A stretch of DNA of 64,000 nt from Deltaproteobacteria bacterium (lineage in GTDB: Bacteria > Desulfobacterota > Dissulfuribacteria > Dissulfuribacterales > UBA3076): NCBI GenBank assembly GCA_003194495.1, contig PQXE01000004.1:2994-66993 (forward strand), given 5' to 3'. The notes under the pieces were generated by a model that did not search any database, had not been told where the DNA came from, and saw only the letters and a program-made list of their open reading frames with translations. This document shows, in pieces, positions 25,236-35,397 of this stretch (position 1 is the stretch's first letter; each line of letters opens with the position of its first letter). A program made the translations under genes and the position numbers.

Positions 25236-26894
25236 TCAGGGCATTATGTATTTCTGCTTACACCTTGGCACCCACCACCGTATGAAGTTGTAAGTTATAC
25301 CGGCAGTAGCAGGCTCAATATCTTTGAAACGCTTGTGGATCACTGGAAGGGCCATTGGAACGTAAAGAAAAGTATAGGGCTGATCCTCAGCCAGTATCTC
25401 CTGGATATGCCAATATATTTTTTTGCGTTCATTGCGGTCAAAGGTCCTCCGCCCCTCCACAAGGAGGCGGTCCATCTCGGGGTTCTGGTAACTGATAAAG
25501 TTCAGCTCTTTTCCGCCTGTCTTTGAGGAATGCCAGATATCATAGATGTCCGGGTCCTGTCCTAATGTCCAGCCCAGTATTACTGCCTCAAACCGCCTCT
25601 TGTCTATAAAGTCGTTGATAAAGGCTGTCCACTCAAGGGTCCTGATCTTCATCTCTATCCCGATCTGCTTGAGCCTGTATTGAACAATCTGAGCTGTTCG
25701 ATCCCTCAGAGGATTACCCTGATTGGTTATGGCCGTGAATGAGAATGGCTTCCCTTCCTTATCCAGCCGGCCGTCTCCATCCCTGTCCACCCAGCCTGCC
25801 TCGGCAAGCAGGGCTGTTGCCCTTTGCGGATCATATGGATAACGCCTGACATTTGGGTTGTAAAACCATGTATCGGGTTTATACGGGCCGGTTGCCTTCA
25901 CTCCATATCCTAATAGCACTCCACGGATTATCTCATCCTTATCTATGGCATAGGCAATGGCCTGTCTTACTCTTTTGTCTGTAAAGAGAGGGAATTTTAA
26001 ATTGTAACCCAGATACGTATATGAAAAGGAGAGATAGCGATATTTGTTAAAATTTATCTCGAAAAACAGGGAGCTTGCCTGCCTTTCATATTGGATCGGA
26101 GATAACCCCATCCAATCAAGGCCACCTGATTTCAGCTCAAGGAACATGGTCGCCGGGTCAGGTATTATCCTCATTATATAGCGGTCAAGATAAGGCCGTC
26201 CTTCAAAACAAGTGGGATTTGCCTTCAGCTCTATGCGCTCCTGGGTCTTCCACTCTGAAAGGCTGTACGGACCCAGGCCCACAGGGTTTCGTCCAAGCGG
26301 ACTCTTTGTGATGTCCTTTCCATCCAGCAGGTGCTTTGGCAGCACGACCAAATTCCCCCAGGAACTCAGGGCAGGGGCAAATGGCTCCCCGTACGTCACT
26401 TTAAAGGTATAAGGGTCAGGTGCTTCGGCATCCTCGACTTCCATAAAATCGCCCGCATAGGCAGTCGGAGTGCCTGGGGCCGTGATAGTCTCAAAGCCGA
26501 ATAGTGCGTCCTCCGATGTAAACGGCTCACCGTCCTCCCATTTAACGCCCTTCCTGAGCTTAAAGGTGATGGTGAGTCCGTCAGAAGAGATTGTCCATGA
26601 CTCAGCCAGATCACCAACCAGGTTGAGGTCTTTGTCGTATTTAACCAAGCCGTTATAAATAAGGCCTGCGATCTGGTGCGACGTGGCGTCAGAGGCCAGC
26701 ATGGGAATCAGGGTCGTGGCATCGCCGATGGATCCCAAGACAATGGCATCGCCGTAGTCCGGCTCGGACGCAAAGGAAAGGTGGAAGGCTGAAGGTGGAA
26801 GGCTGAAGGTAAAAAATAAGAAAAAAAGGAGCCAAAAAGACCGAAGTCGTGAGATGTGGGAAGAAAAAATCACGCTTAACCTTAGACCTTCCAC
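25236..26894 (-). CDS. ABC transporter substrate-binding protein, family 5 (peptide/nickel, OppA/DppA-like)
   Basis: 552 aa with family 5 SBP-like sequence throughout (e.g. LVKYDKDLNLVGDLAESWTISSDGLTITFKLRKGVKWEDG). The GTG start lies inside a GGTGGAA/GGCTGAA repeat. An alternative GTG at 26873 gives a cleaner signal peptide. Confidence 0.8.
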   Translation of the reverse strand: MEGLRLSVIFSSHISRLRSFWLLFFLFFTFSLPPSAFHLSFASEPDYGDAIVLGSIGDATTLIPMLASDATSHQIAGLIYNGLVKYDKDLNLVGDLAESWTISSDGLTITFKLRKGVKWEDGEPFTSEDALFGFETITAPGTPTAYAGDFMEVEDAEAPDPYTFKVTYGEPFAPALSSWGNLVVLPKHLLDGKDITKSPLGRNPVGLGPYSLSEWKTQERIELKANPTCFEGRPYLDRYIMRIIPDPATMFLELKSGGLDWMGLSPIQYERQASSLFFEINFNKYRYLSFSYTYLGYNLKFPLFTDKRVRQAIAYAIDKDEIIRGVLLGYGVKATGPYKPDTWFYNPNVRRYPYDPQRATALLAEAGWVDRDGDGRLDKEGKPFSFTAITNQGNPLRDRTAQIVQYRLKQIGIEMKIRTLEWTAFINDFIDKRRFEAVILGWTLGQDPDIYDIWHSSKTGGKELNFISYQNPEMDRLLVEGRRTFDRNERKKIYWHIQEILAEDQPYTFLYVPMALPVIHKRFKDIEPATAGITYNFIRWWVPRCKQKYIMP

Positions 26895-26897
26895 CTT

Positions 26898-27749
26898 CTA
26901 CCTATTTCCTTTCCTCTCCCTAAGGCCCTCAACACAGCTATACGGCACCCTGAGTCCTCCTGTGCCTCTGCCAACCTTTATTTTTGGTTTGGCCTTGCCA
27001 TGATAGTCGCTACCGCCGGTGGGGACCAGGTCATACTTCTTGCAGAGCGACAGGGACAGATTGATTAGCTCCTTGCTATGCATGCTATAGTAACATTCAA
27101 TGCCGTCAAGACCTTGCTCTGTCCACTTTGCTACAAGCTCATCCAGATGTGCGGGAGTTCCAAATTCAAGTGACATGGGATGGGCCAGGACTGCCAGACC
27201 TCCGGCCTTATGTATGGTAGTTATTGCCTTTTCCGGACTGAGGATGGACTTTGGAACATAAGCTGGGGCGCCTTTTTTCAGATAACGGACAAATGCCTCA
27301 TTTGTGGATTTTACATAACCTCGATTTACCATGGCCCTTGCAATGTGCGGGCGGCCGATCTGTCCCCCTTTGCCCATTTCCTCCAGCTCGCTCGGGGATA
27401 TTAGACGGCCCAGGTCTTTAAGACGTTCCAGAATCAAAGGATTTCGGGAGGCCCTTGCGGATTGGACCTGTTTCAACACCTCGTTCAATTCAGGTGAACC
27501 CGGATCAAATAGATAGGCCAATACATGCAGGGTGCCATGTGATATCCGAACGCTCAGTTCCACACCTGGGAGCAGCTCTATTCCAAGTTTCTCAGATGCC
27601 TCAAGTGCCTCAGGAAAACCTGCCACAGTATCATGGTCGGTGACCGCAATTGCTGCAAGACCTGAGTTTACGGCAAGCCGTATTACTTCAGCAGGTGAAT
27701 CAGAACCGTCGGATGCCGTGGTATGTGTATGCAAATCGCAGTATTTCAT
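26898..27749 (-). CDS. PHP-domain phosphoesterase (TrpH/YciV-like)
   Basis: MKYCDLHTHTTASDGS, AVTDHDT and LAHP motifs. Confidence 0.8.
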   Translation of the reverse strand: MKYCDLHTHTTASDGSDSPAEVIRLAVNSGLAAIAVTDHDTVAGFPEALEASEKLGIELLPGVELSVRISHGTLHVLAYLFDPGSPELNEVLKQVQSARASRNPLILERLKDLGRLISPSELEEMGKGGQIGRPHIARAMVNRGYVKSTNEAFVRYLKKGAPAYVPKSILSPEKAITTIHKAGGLAVLAHPMSLEFGTPAHLDELVAKWTEQGLDGIECYYSMHSKELINLSLSLCKKYDLVPTGGSDYHGKAKPKIKVGRGTGGLRVPYSCVEGLRERKGNR

Positions 27750-28130
27750 TTGAACCCCTGAACCTCCAAACTACGAACCATGAACTATGAACTACGAACT
27801 ATGAACTACGAACTCCAACCCCCCCCACAACCGGTTACTTCCATGGAACATAATATACTGAACGGCCATTCGGTTAAATAAAAAAGTTATCCTCATGATA
27901 TAATCCCCCCCTTCGTAATGCATGATGGTCCTGTAAAATCCTGACAAGCACTCTTACATACAGCATGTTGGCATCTTAGCAATAGCATTACACTAAATCT
28001 TGTATATGATTTCTGTTTTGTCGTATTTTTACAAAATCATTATTTTATTAATGGAGAGAATTCATTATTTTCAGACAAAACCCAAGGAAATAAAGAAAGA
28101 AATGCCTGAATCTTAACTGATATTTTGGGG

Positions 28131-28157
28131 TTGACAAATGAAGTAAAAAGATATTAT
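28131..28157 (+). promoter_or_regulatory. Possible sigma70-type promoter for dsrABD
   Basis: GGGGTTGACAaatgaagtaaaaagaTATTAT, about 155 nt upstream of the dsrA ATG. The spacer is suboptimal (15-16 nt). A similar GGGGTTGACAAA lies at 46129. Confidence 0.3.
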
Positions 28158-28311
28158 ACAGGTTTCCAGTTGTAGATTTTTTTGTAATTTGCCGAATGAT
28201 GATTCATTTTTTTGCATTGGTACTGTTTTGAGTGCCAAAAAGGGATAGGTTAGTCTATATTCCTTAACTGAAATTGCTGTTAAAAACATTCTATTAAGGA
28301 GGAAGAATTAA

Positions 28312-29601
28312 ATGGCAGATCTTAAAAAACATGATACTCCGATGATGGAGGACTTAAAGTCCGGTCCATTTCCGAGTTTCGTTGACGACCTGGAGACCAG
28401 AGCTAAGGGCGGTGTCCAGTGCTGTTACGATCTTCTGGGTCAGATGGAGCTCTCTTACGAGCACAAAGAGACGCACTGGAAACATGGTGGTATTGTAGGT
28501 GTCTTTGGATATGGCGGCGGGGTTATCGGGCGTTACTCAGATGCCCCGGAACAGTTCCCCACCATTGCCCATTTTCATACCCTTCGTGTCAACCAGCCGG
28601 CCAGCAAGTTTTATACTTCCAAGTTCCTGCGCAAGATGTGTGATATGTGGGATCATCGCGGAAGCGGCGTAACCAACTTCCACGGCTCAACAGGCGACAT
28701 GATCCTTATCGGGACCTCAACCGACGAACTGGAGCCCTGTTTTTACGACCTGAGCCACCAGTTTGACATGGACCTGGGTGGATCCGGATCCAACCTCAGG
28801 ACGCCTGCATGCTGCATGGGCAAGGCCCGCTGTGAATGGTCCTGCCTGGATACACAGGCCATCACCTATGACCTGACCATGACCTATCAGGACGAACTCC
28901 ATCGCCCGGCATTTCCATACAAGTTCAAATTCAAGACATCCGGCTGTCCCAATGACTGCGTGGCGGCAATTGCACGTGCATGTACCTCTATTATCGGCAC
29001 CTGGCGGGACCAGATCCGTATAGACCAGAAGGCGGTCCAGGCCTATATCGGCGGAGAATTAAAACCCAATGCCGGCGCCTTCTCAGACCGTGACTGGGGC
29101 GCATTCGACATCCAGAAAGAGGTCATTGATCTCTGTCCAAGCGGGTGTATGGCTATGGACGGAAACGAGCTTAAGATTGACGATCGCGAGTGTGTTCGCT
29201 GCATGCATTGCATTAATGTCATGCCCAATGCCCTGCGTCCCGGTGTAGATTGTGGCGCCACGATACTGAACGGGGCAAAGGCACCGATCCTTGAAGGCGC
29301 CCAGATGTCCACCCTAATCATCCCGTTCATAAAGATGGAATACCCCTATGATGAATTCAAGGACTTTGTAGATCTGATGTGGGACTGGTGGATGGAAGAA
29401 GGCAAGAACCGGGAGAGACTTGGCGAGCTTATACAGCGTCAGGGCCTTGCGCATTATATCATTGATATACTCGGGCGCGAACCCATTCCACAGCACGTGA
29501 GGGAACCTCGGTCCAATCCGTATCCTTTCTGGAAAGAGGAGGATGTACCAGGTGGATGGAAGCGCGACATCAAAGCATTCCGCGCAAGGCATCTTGCTTA
29601 A
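28312..29601 (+). CDS. dsrA: Dissimilatory sulfite reductase alpha subunit
   Basis: Strong AGGAGG SD. 429 aa with sirohaem/Fe-S Cys clusters (CxxxxxC...C...C) and a ferredoxin-like insert CVRCMHCINVMP. It is followed by dsrB and dsrD. Confidence 0.9.
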   Translation: MADLKKHDTPMMEDLKSGPFPSFVDDLETRAKGGVQCCYDLLGQMELSYEHKETHWKHGGIVGVFGYGGGVIGRYSDAPEQFPTIAHFHTLRVNQPASKFYTSKFLRKMCDMWDHRGSGVTNFHGSTGDMILIGTSTDELEPCFYDLSHQFDMDLGGSGSNLRTPACCMGKARCEWSCLDTQAITYDLTMTYQDELHRPAFPYKFKFKTSGCPNDCVAAIARACTSIIGTWRDQIRIDQKAVQAYIGGELKPNAGAFSDRDWGAFDIQKEVIDLCPSGCMAMDGNELKIDDRECVRCMHCINVMPNALRPGVDCGATILNGAKAPILEGAQMSTLIIPFIKMEYPYDEFKDFVDLMWDWWMEEGKNRERLGELIQRQGLAHYIIDILGREPIPQHVREPRSNPYPFWKEEDVPGGWKRDIKAFRARHLA

Positions 29602-29626
29602 TCAGGTTTAACAGGAGGTAAAGATA

Positions 29627-30865
29627 ATGATTGACACTTCAATGTATAAAGACGATCCCGGCTACGACATAACAGAAAAGCTGGACACACCCTATGATCC
29701 GGAACTGGCCGACAGGGAATACAATCCCCAAAAACCCATGGCAGGCCGTCTTACAGACCAGGGCCCGCCTCACTATGAGCAGTTCTTCCCTGAGGTAATC
29801 AAGAAGAACTACGGCAAGTGGCTCACTCACGAGATCATTCAGTCCGGTGTCATCAAACATATCAGTGAGACAGGTGATATAGTCTATGTGGTGCGCTGCG
29901 CTACGCCCCGTCTGATCACCACCAACCTGCTCCGCGAGGTCGCGGATATTGCAGATAAGTTCTGTGAAGGTCACTGTCGCTGGACCACCCGGAACAGCCT
30001 TGAGTTCCACACAACAGACGAGGGGACCTTAAAGGACCTGATAGAGTTCCTTAACAATTTCAAGCATCCTGGTGGATCATACAAGTTCCCCATTGGAGGC
30101 ACCGGTGCGGGGATAACCAATATCGTCCATACCCAGGGCTGGATACACTGCCATACACCGGCCATCGACGCATCCGGTGTTGTAAAGGCCGTGATGGACG
30201 ACCTGTTTGAGTACTGGCACAGCCATAAGCTGCCGGCCCAGTTGCGCATTGCGCTGGCCTGCTGCCTCAACATGTGCGGCGCGGTCCACTGCTCAGACAT
30301 AGCCATCTTAGGCATTCACAGAAAACCTCCCTTTGTTGAGGACGACCGCATCACCGGTGTCTGCGAGGTCCCGTTGGCCATAGCTGCATGCCCCACATTG
30401 GCCATCAAGCCTGCCAAGATAACACTTGAGGACGGCACGGAAGTAAAATCGGTCCGGGTAAATGAGCCAAGGTGCATGTTCTGCGGCAATTGTTACACAA
30501 TGTGCCCGGCCATGCCGTTGGCCGATGAAGAGGGTGACGGCGTTGCACTCCTGGTTGGCGGGAAGATCTCAAACCGCATCACTAAACCCACGTTCTCCAA
30601 GCTGGTGGTCCCGTTTATTCCCAATGAGACTCCGCGTTGGCCCAGCACGGTTGCAACCGTCAGAAAGATAGTTGAGGCCTATGAGAAAGGTGCAAACAAG
30701 TATGAGCGTCTTGGGGATTGGGCGGCACGGATCGGTTGGCCGCGCTTCTTTGAACAGTGTGATCTACCTTTCACTGAGAAGTCCATTGACGACTACCGTC
30801 TTGCATATGATACATATAATACAACCACGCAGTTCAAGTGGAGTTCACACACTGATAACATGTAG
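29627..30865 (+). CDS. dsrB: Dissimilatory sulfite reductase beta subunit, with an N-terminal extension of about 30 aa
   Basis: AGGAGG lies 8 nt before the [37 protein letters not shown] matches the usual DsrB N-terminus but begins at residue 32. Ferredoxin insert [12 protein letters not shown]. Confidence 0.9.
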   Translation: MIDTSMYKDDPGYDITEKLDTPYDPELADREYNPQKPMAGRLTDQGPPHYEQFFPEVIKKNYGKWLTHEIIQSGVIKHISETGDIVYVVRCATPRLITTNLLREVADIADKFCEGHCRWTTRNSLEFHTTDEGTLKDLIEFLNNFKHPGGSYKFPIGGTGAGITNIVHTQGWIHCHTPAIDASGVVKAVMDDLFEYWHSHKLPAQLRIALACCLNMCGAVHCSDIAILGIHRKPPFVEDDRITGVCEVPLAIAACPTLAIKPAKITLEDGTEVKSVRVNEPRCMFCGNCYTMCPAMPLADEEGDGVALLVGGKISNRITKPTFSKLVVPFIPNETPRWPSTVATVRKIVEAYEKGANKYERLGDWAARIGWPRFFEQCDLPFTEKSIDDYRLAYDTYNTTTQFKWSSHTDNM

Positions 30866-30883
30866 ACCCATGAGGAAACCATT

Positions 30884-31138
30884 ATGGCAGTAGACAAAGA
30901 AGAACTAAAAAAGCAGATCTTGGCATTTGTGGAGAAGAAGTCAAAATTCAAGCCAAAGATGTACTTGAAGGACATGTACAAGGCAAATCCCGACGCCAAG
31001 GCACGCGAGATAAAGAACGCGGCCAATGAACTGGTAAGAGATGAAAAGCTCGAGTTCTGGTCTTCAGGAAGCACTACTCTGTACGGCCTAAAGGGCAGCA
31101 GCGCGAAGGAGACAGAGACTTTCGAGCACAAAGATTAG
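30884..31138 (+). CDS. dsrD: DsrD
   Basis: 84 aa with the KFKPKMYLKDMYK...LEFWSSGSTTLYGLKG winged-helix DsrD signature, directly after dsrB. Confidence 0.9.
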   Translation: MAVDKEELKKQILAFVEKKSKFKPKMYLKDMYKANPDAKAREIKNAANELVRDEKLEFWSSGSTTLYGLKGSSAKETETFEHKD

Positions 31139-31200
31139 ATAGAGACACAAAACAGCAAATTGCCTTTGAATAAGTGGGATGTGCTGAGAACGGTTAGAGG

Positions 31201-31238
31201 AAAGGCCTCCTATGTAATGCTATGGGAGGCCTTTTTAT
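31201..31238 (+). terminator. Rho-independent terminator of dsrABD
   Basis: Stem aaaggcctcc / ggaggccttt followed by TTTAT. Confidence 0.7.
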
Positions 31239-31285
31239 AGCAGAATATAATTCTATATTCTCTCTGCGCACTCTGCGGTGAATTA

Positions 31286-31930
31286 TTACGTTTTATATTC
31301 CATCAGTATCTGGATGTCTACAACAAGGGCTTTGATCGGGCGTCCGAAAAAAAACTCAAGCTCGTCCTCTTTAAGCCCTAGCGCTTCAACGACCTTTTGG
31401 CGAAAGGCATCATCGGTTGAAACCATCTGTTCTATTTCAGGACCGGTCTGTTGCACCCCTTCTTGTGAACCTGCTTCACTGAGGAGTCCGTAAAGTCGTC
31501 CAGGAGGAAATCTCCTCTCATAGGCTGAGATCAGGTCTGCAACGGCAGAGCCTGTTGGGCAGAGATCAAGACGGGACAGAAGGTCCTGCATGAAAAGCCC
31601 TTCAACTTCCGCAGTGTCCCAGCATTTGAGGACCCGGCATTCCAAAGGACGGTCCTTATAGATAGAACAGGCCTTCTGTTTTGCATCGTAGAATGTACAA
31701 GCACTTGATCCATCCTTGCCCTTTATCTTGATCATCTCATCCGAGAGCTCTATAAGCCTCTCCTCAAGGGGATGATATGCTAGTTCCCCGGCCCTCAACG
31801 TGAAGAGGTATGTCGGTCTTAGAACGCCCTTCTGGAGAAAAATCCTGTCCTCAGAGTGGAGGGTAGGGCCGCCCTTTTCGCAGCATGTGCCGCATCGTAT
31901 GCAGGACTCTATTTTTTTTTCTGATTCCAT
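31286..31930 (-). CDS. YkgJ-family (UPF0153, CxxCxxCC) Fe-S/zinc cluster protein
   Basis: CIRCGTCCEKGGP near the N-terminus, with further Cys at positions 87, 97, 108 and 113. Confidence 0.7.
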   Translation of the reverse strand: MESEKKIESCIRCGTCCEKGGPTLHSEDRIFLQKGVLRPTYLFTLRAGELAYHPLEERLIELSDEMIKIKGKDGSSACTFYDAKQKACSIYKDRPLECRVLKCWDTAEVEGLFMQDLLSRLDLCPTGSAVADLISAYERRFPPGRLYGLLSEAGSQEGVQQTGPEIEQMVSTDDAFRQKVVEALGLKEDELEFFFGRPIKALVVDIQILMEYKT

Positions 31931-31959
31931 AGTAAATATACTTCCTGTATTGTATTGTT

Positions 31960-32112
31960 GTTACCTAAGTTAAGCGATTAGCGTTTAGCTTTGAAAAATC
32001 AGGGCATTACGTTAACTAGAAATAACACCCAACGGGAAAAGTTTGTAATAGTAAAATATCCTGTAATCATTAAACTAATAGCTAACCGCTAAAGGCTAAT
32101 CGCTCAATTTAG
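31960..32112. repeat. TTAGC-heptamer-arm hairpin in a divergent promoter region
   Basis: cctaagttaagcgattagcgtttagc ... gctaaccgctaaaggctaatcgctcaatttagg. Confidence 0.75.
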
Positions 32113-32175
32113 GTGTTATACTGGGATCGGTTCTTTGTGGTTTAAATTTTCGTAACCATAGGCAATTATTAGTCA

Positions 32176-32709
32176 ATGTTTAAAGACCTTGAAAATCTAT
32201 TCGACTTTGCTGACAGGGCAGTAGCTGATGTACAGGAACGCTACAGCAAGGAAGTGCGCTGCAAGAAGGGCTGCACCGACTGCTGCCACGCGGTATTTGA
32301 CGTTTCGTTAATAGAAGCACTATACATCCGCCGGCATTTTGATTCCCTGGACAGAAAGCAGAGACGCGCTGCCCTGAACATTGCAAAAAAGGCCCTCAAA
32401 TCCTGGGACCAGTTAGTCACCGCCAAGGCCGACCTCTCACTAGCCCGCATAAGGTGCCCTCTGTTGACTGACAGCGGTGAGTGCGTCTGCTATAAGGCCC
32501 GGCCCATCAACTGCCGCACCTACGGGATCCCCACTGTGATTGGTGATAGGAGCCATGTATGCGGACTCTCCGGCTTTGAGCAGGGTAAAACCTATCCTAC
32601 CCTTAACCTGGCCCACCTGCAGAAGAGGCTCTACGAACTCTCTGTAGCGTTGGAAGGTAATGAGCGTGGCAAGAGACGGTGGCCTGTGGCTGCTGTACTC
32701 CTTTTTTAA
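32176..32709 (+). CDS. YkgJ-family (UPF0153) cysteine-cluster protein
   Basis: CKKGCTDCCHAVF motif plus CPLL...CVCY...C and CRTYG. Confidence 0.7.
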   Translation: MFKDLENLFDFADRAVADVQERYSKEVRCKKGCTDCCHAVFDVSLIEALYIRRHFDSLDRKQRRAALNIAKKALKSWDQLVTAKADLSLARIRCPLLTDSGECVCYKARPINCRTYGIPTVIGDRSHVCGLSGFEQGKTYPTLNLAHLQKRLYELSVALEGNERGKRRWPVAAVLLF

Positions 32710-32767
32710 TTCAAAATTCAAAATTTAGAATTCAAAATTGTGTCTGAACGACCTTTTAGTTCAGACA

Positions 32768-33391
32768 CTACTTAGAAACCCCAGCCGACATGGCCTCCTC
32801 AATTACCTTTATGCCCTTTTCAAGTATCTCCGCCCTCTCCCTGTACGCTGTGCTCTGATAAATACCATGTGCGGTCCTATAGGCATCCAGGGCCTTATCC
32901 AGTTCATTCCTCTTCTGGTAAATATCACCTATTCCTGTGAGATACAGCCCGATCTTGCCGACATCCTCGAGCCCTTCTAGCAACTCCAGTGCTCGAAAAT
33001 AGTATGGAAGGGCCTTATCCAAATCCCCTAACTGCCTGTAGAGATCAATGATTTTCTCTGCCAATAAAACAGTACTGACAGGGTCGTGTTTCTTCTCACA
33101 TATTGCCAATCCTCTCTGGTAAACAGGTATGGCCCCCTTGAAATTGCCCCGCCTTACGCGGAGATCTCCTATCTGCTCACAGATATTTGCAACTTCCACA
33201 TCTTTTCCATCAGCAGCCTCATAAATTTCAAGGGCCTCCTCAAATTTCTCAAGGGCGTCCAGGGACCTCCCCTGGACACTCATAGTCTTTGCCTCCCGGT
33301 AAAGGGCCTCTGCTCTGGAGAGTTCATTATCTTTCACTTCTGATACGTTGGAAGCCGTTTGTTCATTCATTTCATCTTCCTTCCTGGTCAA
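32768..33391 (-). CDS. TPR-repeat protein
   Basis: Repeated A..Y..AL.....G....A 34-residue periodicity. It overlaps the upstream gene by 4 nt (ATGA). Confidence 0.7.
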   Translation of the reverse strand: MTRKEDEMNEQTASNVSEVKDNELSRAEALYREAKTMSVQGRSLDALEKFEEALEIYEAADGKDVEVANICEQIGDLRVRRGNFKGAIPVYQRGLAICEKKHDPVSTVLLAEKIIDLYRQLGDLDKALPYYFRALELLEGLEDVGKIGLYLTGIGDIYQKRNELDKALDAYRTAHGIYQSTAYRERAEILEKGIKVIEEAMSAGVSK

Positions 33392-34509
33392 TTAGCTGAT
33401 CGGCCCTCGATACGCTCAACAGCCTCGCTTGCCAGTTCCCCCACGGTTTTGTATATGATGGTTTGCCCATCAAAAAGGCTAAGTTTCCCGGTATCGTCTG
33501 TCATTCCCTGTATAGCCTTCAGCGGTTCCTGAGCTTTCATGCGACCAAATGCCCACACTGCAAGGCCCCGTATCTTCGGCTCAGAATTATTCAGCAGTCC
33601 AAAGAGGGCAAAAAATGAGCTGGACCTCACGACCTGCGGGTGTAATTCACCAATACGGCCAATGGCCCAGAGTACTGCAGGGCAAGAGGGCGGATCATTC
33701 ACAAATCCGATTAGATGCCGCGCGAATGAGCCGTATATCTTGGGCTGGGCACGAATAATTTCGCCGATTGTCTCTATGGATCCCCAGTTCGTGGCTGCTG
33801 AGTCGCCGCTGGCCAGAAGAAGCCTCCTTACCAGGTCGCCCACAAGGGTAGACCTGTCTGTGGTCAAAGCCCCTGCTACTGCCCCCAGTGTAGTAATTGC
33901 CTTCCACATCAACATCTCATCTGTTGAATACAGAAGGCGTTGGATCTTTCTTAAAACCAAGGGGTCTTCAAGGGCCATCGCCCTGATTTTTTCAACCTCT
34001 CCTAACTGTACAAGGGCCTTGACCTGCTGTTTGGAGTGCCGTCGTGATCTCCTTTTGAAATAGGCCTCATTTTTCTCTTCCGCAGAGATCTGGGGATCAG
34101 CAAGCAAATCGAGCCTCTTGCTGATACCCTCTTGTGTGACATCACGGACGTCTTTTGCCATTCGAATAAAGATAAGTGCGGCCCTTACTACTTTCTCGTC
34201 CTTTGTTCGTCTAATGGGTTGAATAAGGTGAGACTCAATATCATAATTCTCTAAAATGGCGTCTTCATAGTCCTCTCCCGGTTCAAGACTCCAGGCCAGG
34301 TCCCAGTCGTCATTGCAGGCAAAGCCAAGTGCCTCAACCCAACCTGCACCAAGATTGTGCCCTGTGACATCGTGGACATATACTGCTCCGCATTCGCATG
34401 CACCGTATTCAAATTCTCCGAGTCTCCTTGGCTCCACTTCCTTTGGACGATCGATGGAACTGTCACAGAATGGACAGAGGGGCTCGTAAGCAATTGTTTT
34501 CCTTTCCAT
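33388..34509 (-). CDS. Zn-ribbon (CPFC...CECG) N-terminus plus HEAT/ARM-like repeat protein
   Basis: MERKTIAYEPLCPFCDSS...GACECGAVY, then HEAT-like repeats (PAVLWAIGRIGELHPQVV, IRGLAVWAFGRMKAQE). Confidence 0.5.
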   Translation of the reverse strand: MERKTIAYEPLCPFCDSSIDRPKEVEPRRLGEFEYGACECGAVYVHDVTGHNLGAGWVEALGFACNDDWDLAWSLEPGEDYEDAILENYDIESHLIQPIRRTKDEKVVRAALIFIRMAKDVRDVTQEGISKRLDLLADPQISAEEKNEAYFKRRSRRHSKQQVKALVQLGEVEKIRAMALEDPLVLRKIQRLLYSTDEMLMWKAITTLGAVAGALTTDRSTLVGDLVRRLLLASGDSAATNWGSIETIGEIIRAQPKIYGSFARHLIGFVNDPPSCPAVLWAIGRIGELHPQVVRSSSFFALFGLLNNSEPKIRGLAVWAFGRMKAQEPLKAIQGMTDDTGKLSLFDGQTIIYKTVGELASEAVERIEGRSAN

Positions 34510-34512
34510 GGA

Positions 34513-35196
34513 TTAGCTGGCCTCTCCTGTCTGAGATTCCGCCTTGGCAGAGACCATCTCCTCAAACTGAGGGGAAACCGCATATCCGATCTTTTTAGCC
34601 TTCTCAAGGTGATCAAGGGCCAGGTCGTAATCCCCTTGGTAGTAGTAGGCAACAGCAAGGTTGTTATGGGCAACGCCGAACCTAGGGGCCAGACTAACGG
34701 CTTTTTTCCCGGCCGCAATTGCACTCTCCAACTTATCAAGCTCCACGTTGACAGTGACAAGATTGGCCAAGGCAGTAATCATTTCCGGTTTGATCTCAAT
34801 GGCCTTATTGAAATATTCCGCAGCATATTCCCATCTCTGCATATGGATATAGGCCGCGCCTATATTAGACATGACATCAGTAGACTCGGGGCGAATCTTG
34901 AGGGCCTCTTTGCTCTCGGTTATACCATCTTCAAGTCTACCCATCTGGAAATAGAGTGTGCTCAGGTTGAGCCGTGTCTCAAAAGACAATGGATCAAATT
35001 TCAGGCCATGCTTAAAGGCGATTTCCGCATCCTCCAGTCTCTCGGCATTCTGATAGACCATACCAAGCCTGAGGGCCGCAATAACGGAGTTCGGATTATC
35101 CTTCATCTCTTTTTCAAGGTCTTTAATCAATTGATTTTGCCGGGTGGAATTATCTCGCGGCGGACGGGTCATAAACGCCTCCTTATATTTGAACAT
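34513..35196 (-). CDS. TPR-repeat protein
   Basis: Six or so TPR units (e.g. AEIAFKHGLKFDPLSFETRLNLSTLYFQMGRLEDG). First gene of a three-gene operon. Confidence 0.7.
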   Translation of the reverse strand: MFKYKEAFMTRPPRDNSTRQNQLIKDLEKEMKDNPNSVIAALRLGMVYQNAERLEDAEIAFKHGLKFDPLSFETRLNLSTLYFQMGRLEDGITESKEALKIRPESTDVMSNIGAAYIHMQRWEYAAEYFNKAIEIKPEMITALANLVTVNVELDKLESAIAAGKKAVSLAPRFGVAHNNLAVAYYYQGDYDLALDHLEKAKKIGYAVSPQFEEMVSAKAESQTGEAS

Positions 35197-35271
35197 ACAA
35201 ATAATTTTTCTAACATAAATTTATAATTATAACATACTTTTGCCATCAAAGCATCATCGGGAATTTAAAAA

Positions 35272-35397
35272 ATGAACGTCGAACATCGAATGTTGAATGG
35301 GGGAAACGGCTGAAAAGTAACAGAAATAGCCATTGAATGTTCGGTAGTTTGGTCTTTGTTTTTCATTCGACGTTGGACGTTCGATGTTCGATGTTCA
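35272..35397. repeat. CGAACAT-arm hairpin element, full copy
   Basis: atgaacgtcgaacatcgaatg ... cattcgacgttggacgttcgatgttcgatgttcat. The right end overlaps the stop codon of the 35395 gene. Confidence 0.8.

Noticed and set aside
28200-28240. Sigma54-like tggtactgttttgagtgcc upstream of dsrA
   Set aside because: The -12 element reads TGAGT rather than TTGCW, and the -24 element is TGGTAC. This is too weak to call.
27750-28311. A hidden gene in the 560-bp region upstream of dsrA
   Set aside because: No ORF of useful length has an SD. The region is AT-rich with heptamer repeats at its left end and is consistent with a long promoter and 5' UTR.
34357-35226. 289-aa + strand ORF
   Set aside because: It lies antisense to the TPR and Zn-ribbon/HEAT genes, which show clear repeat periodicity and translational coupling.
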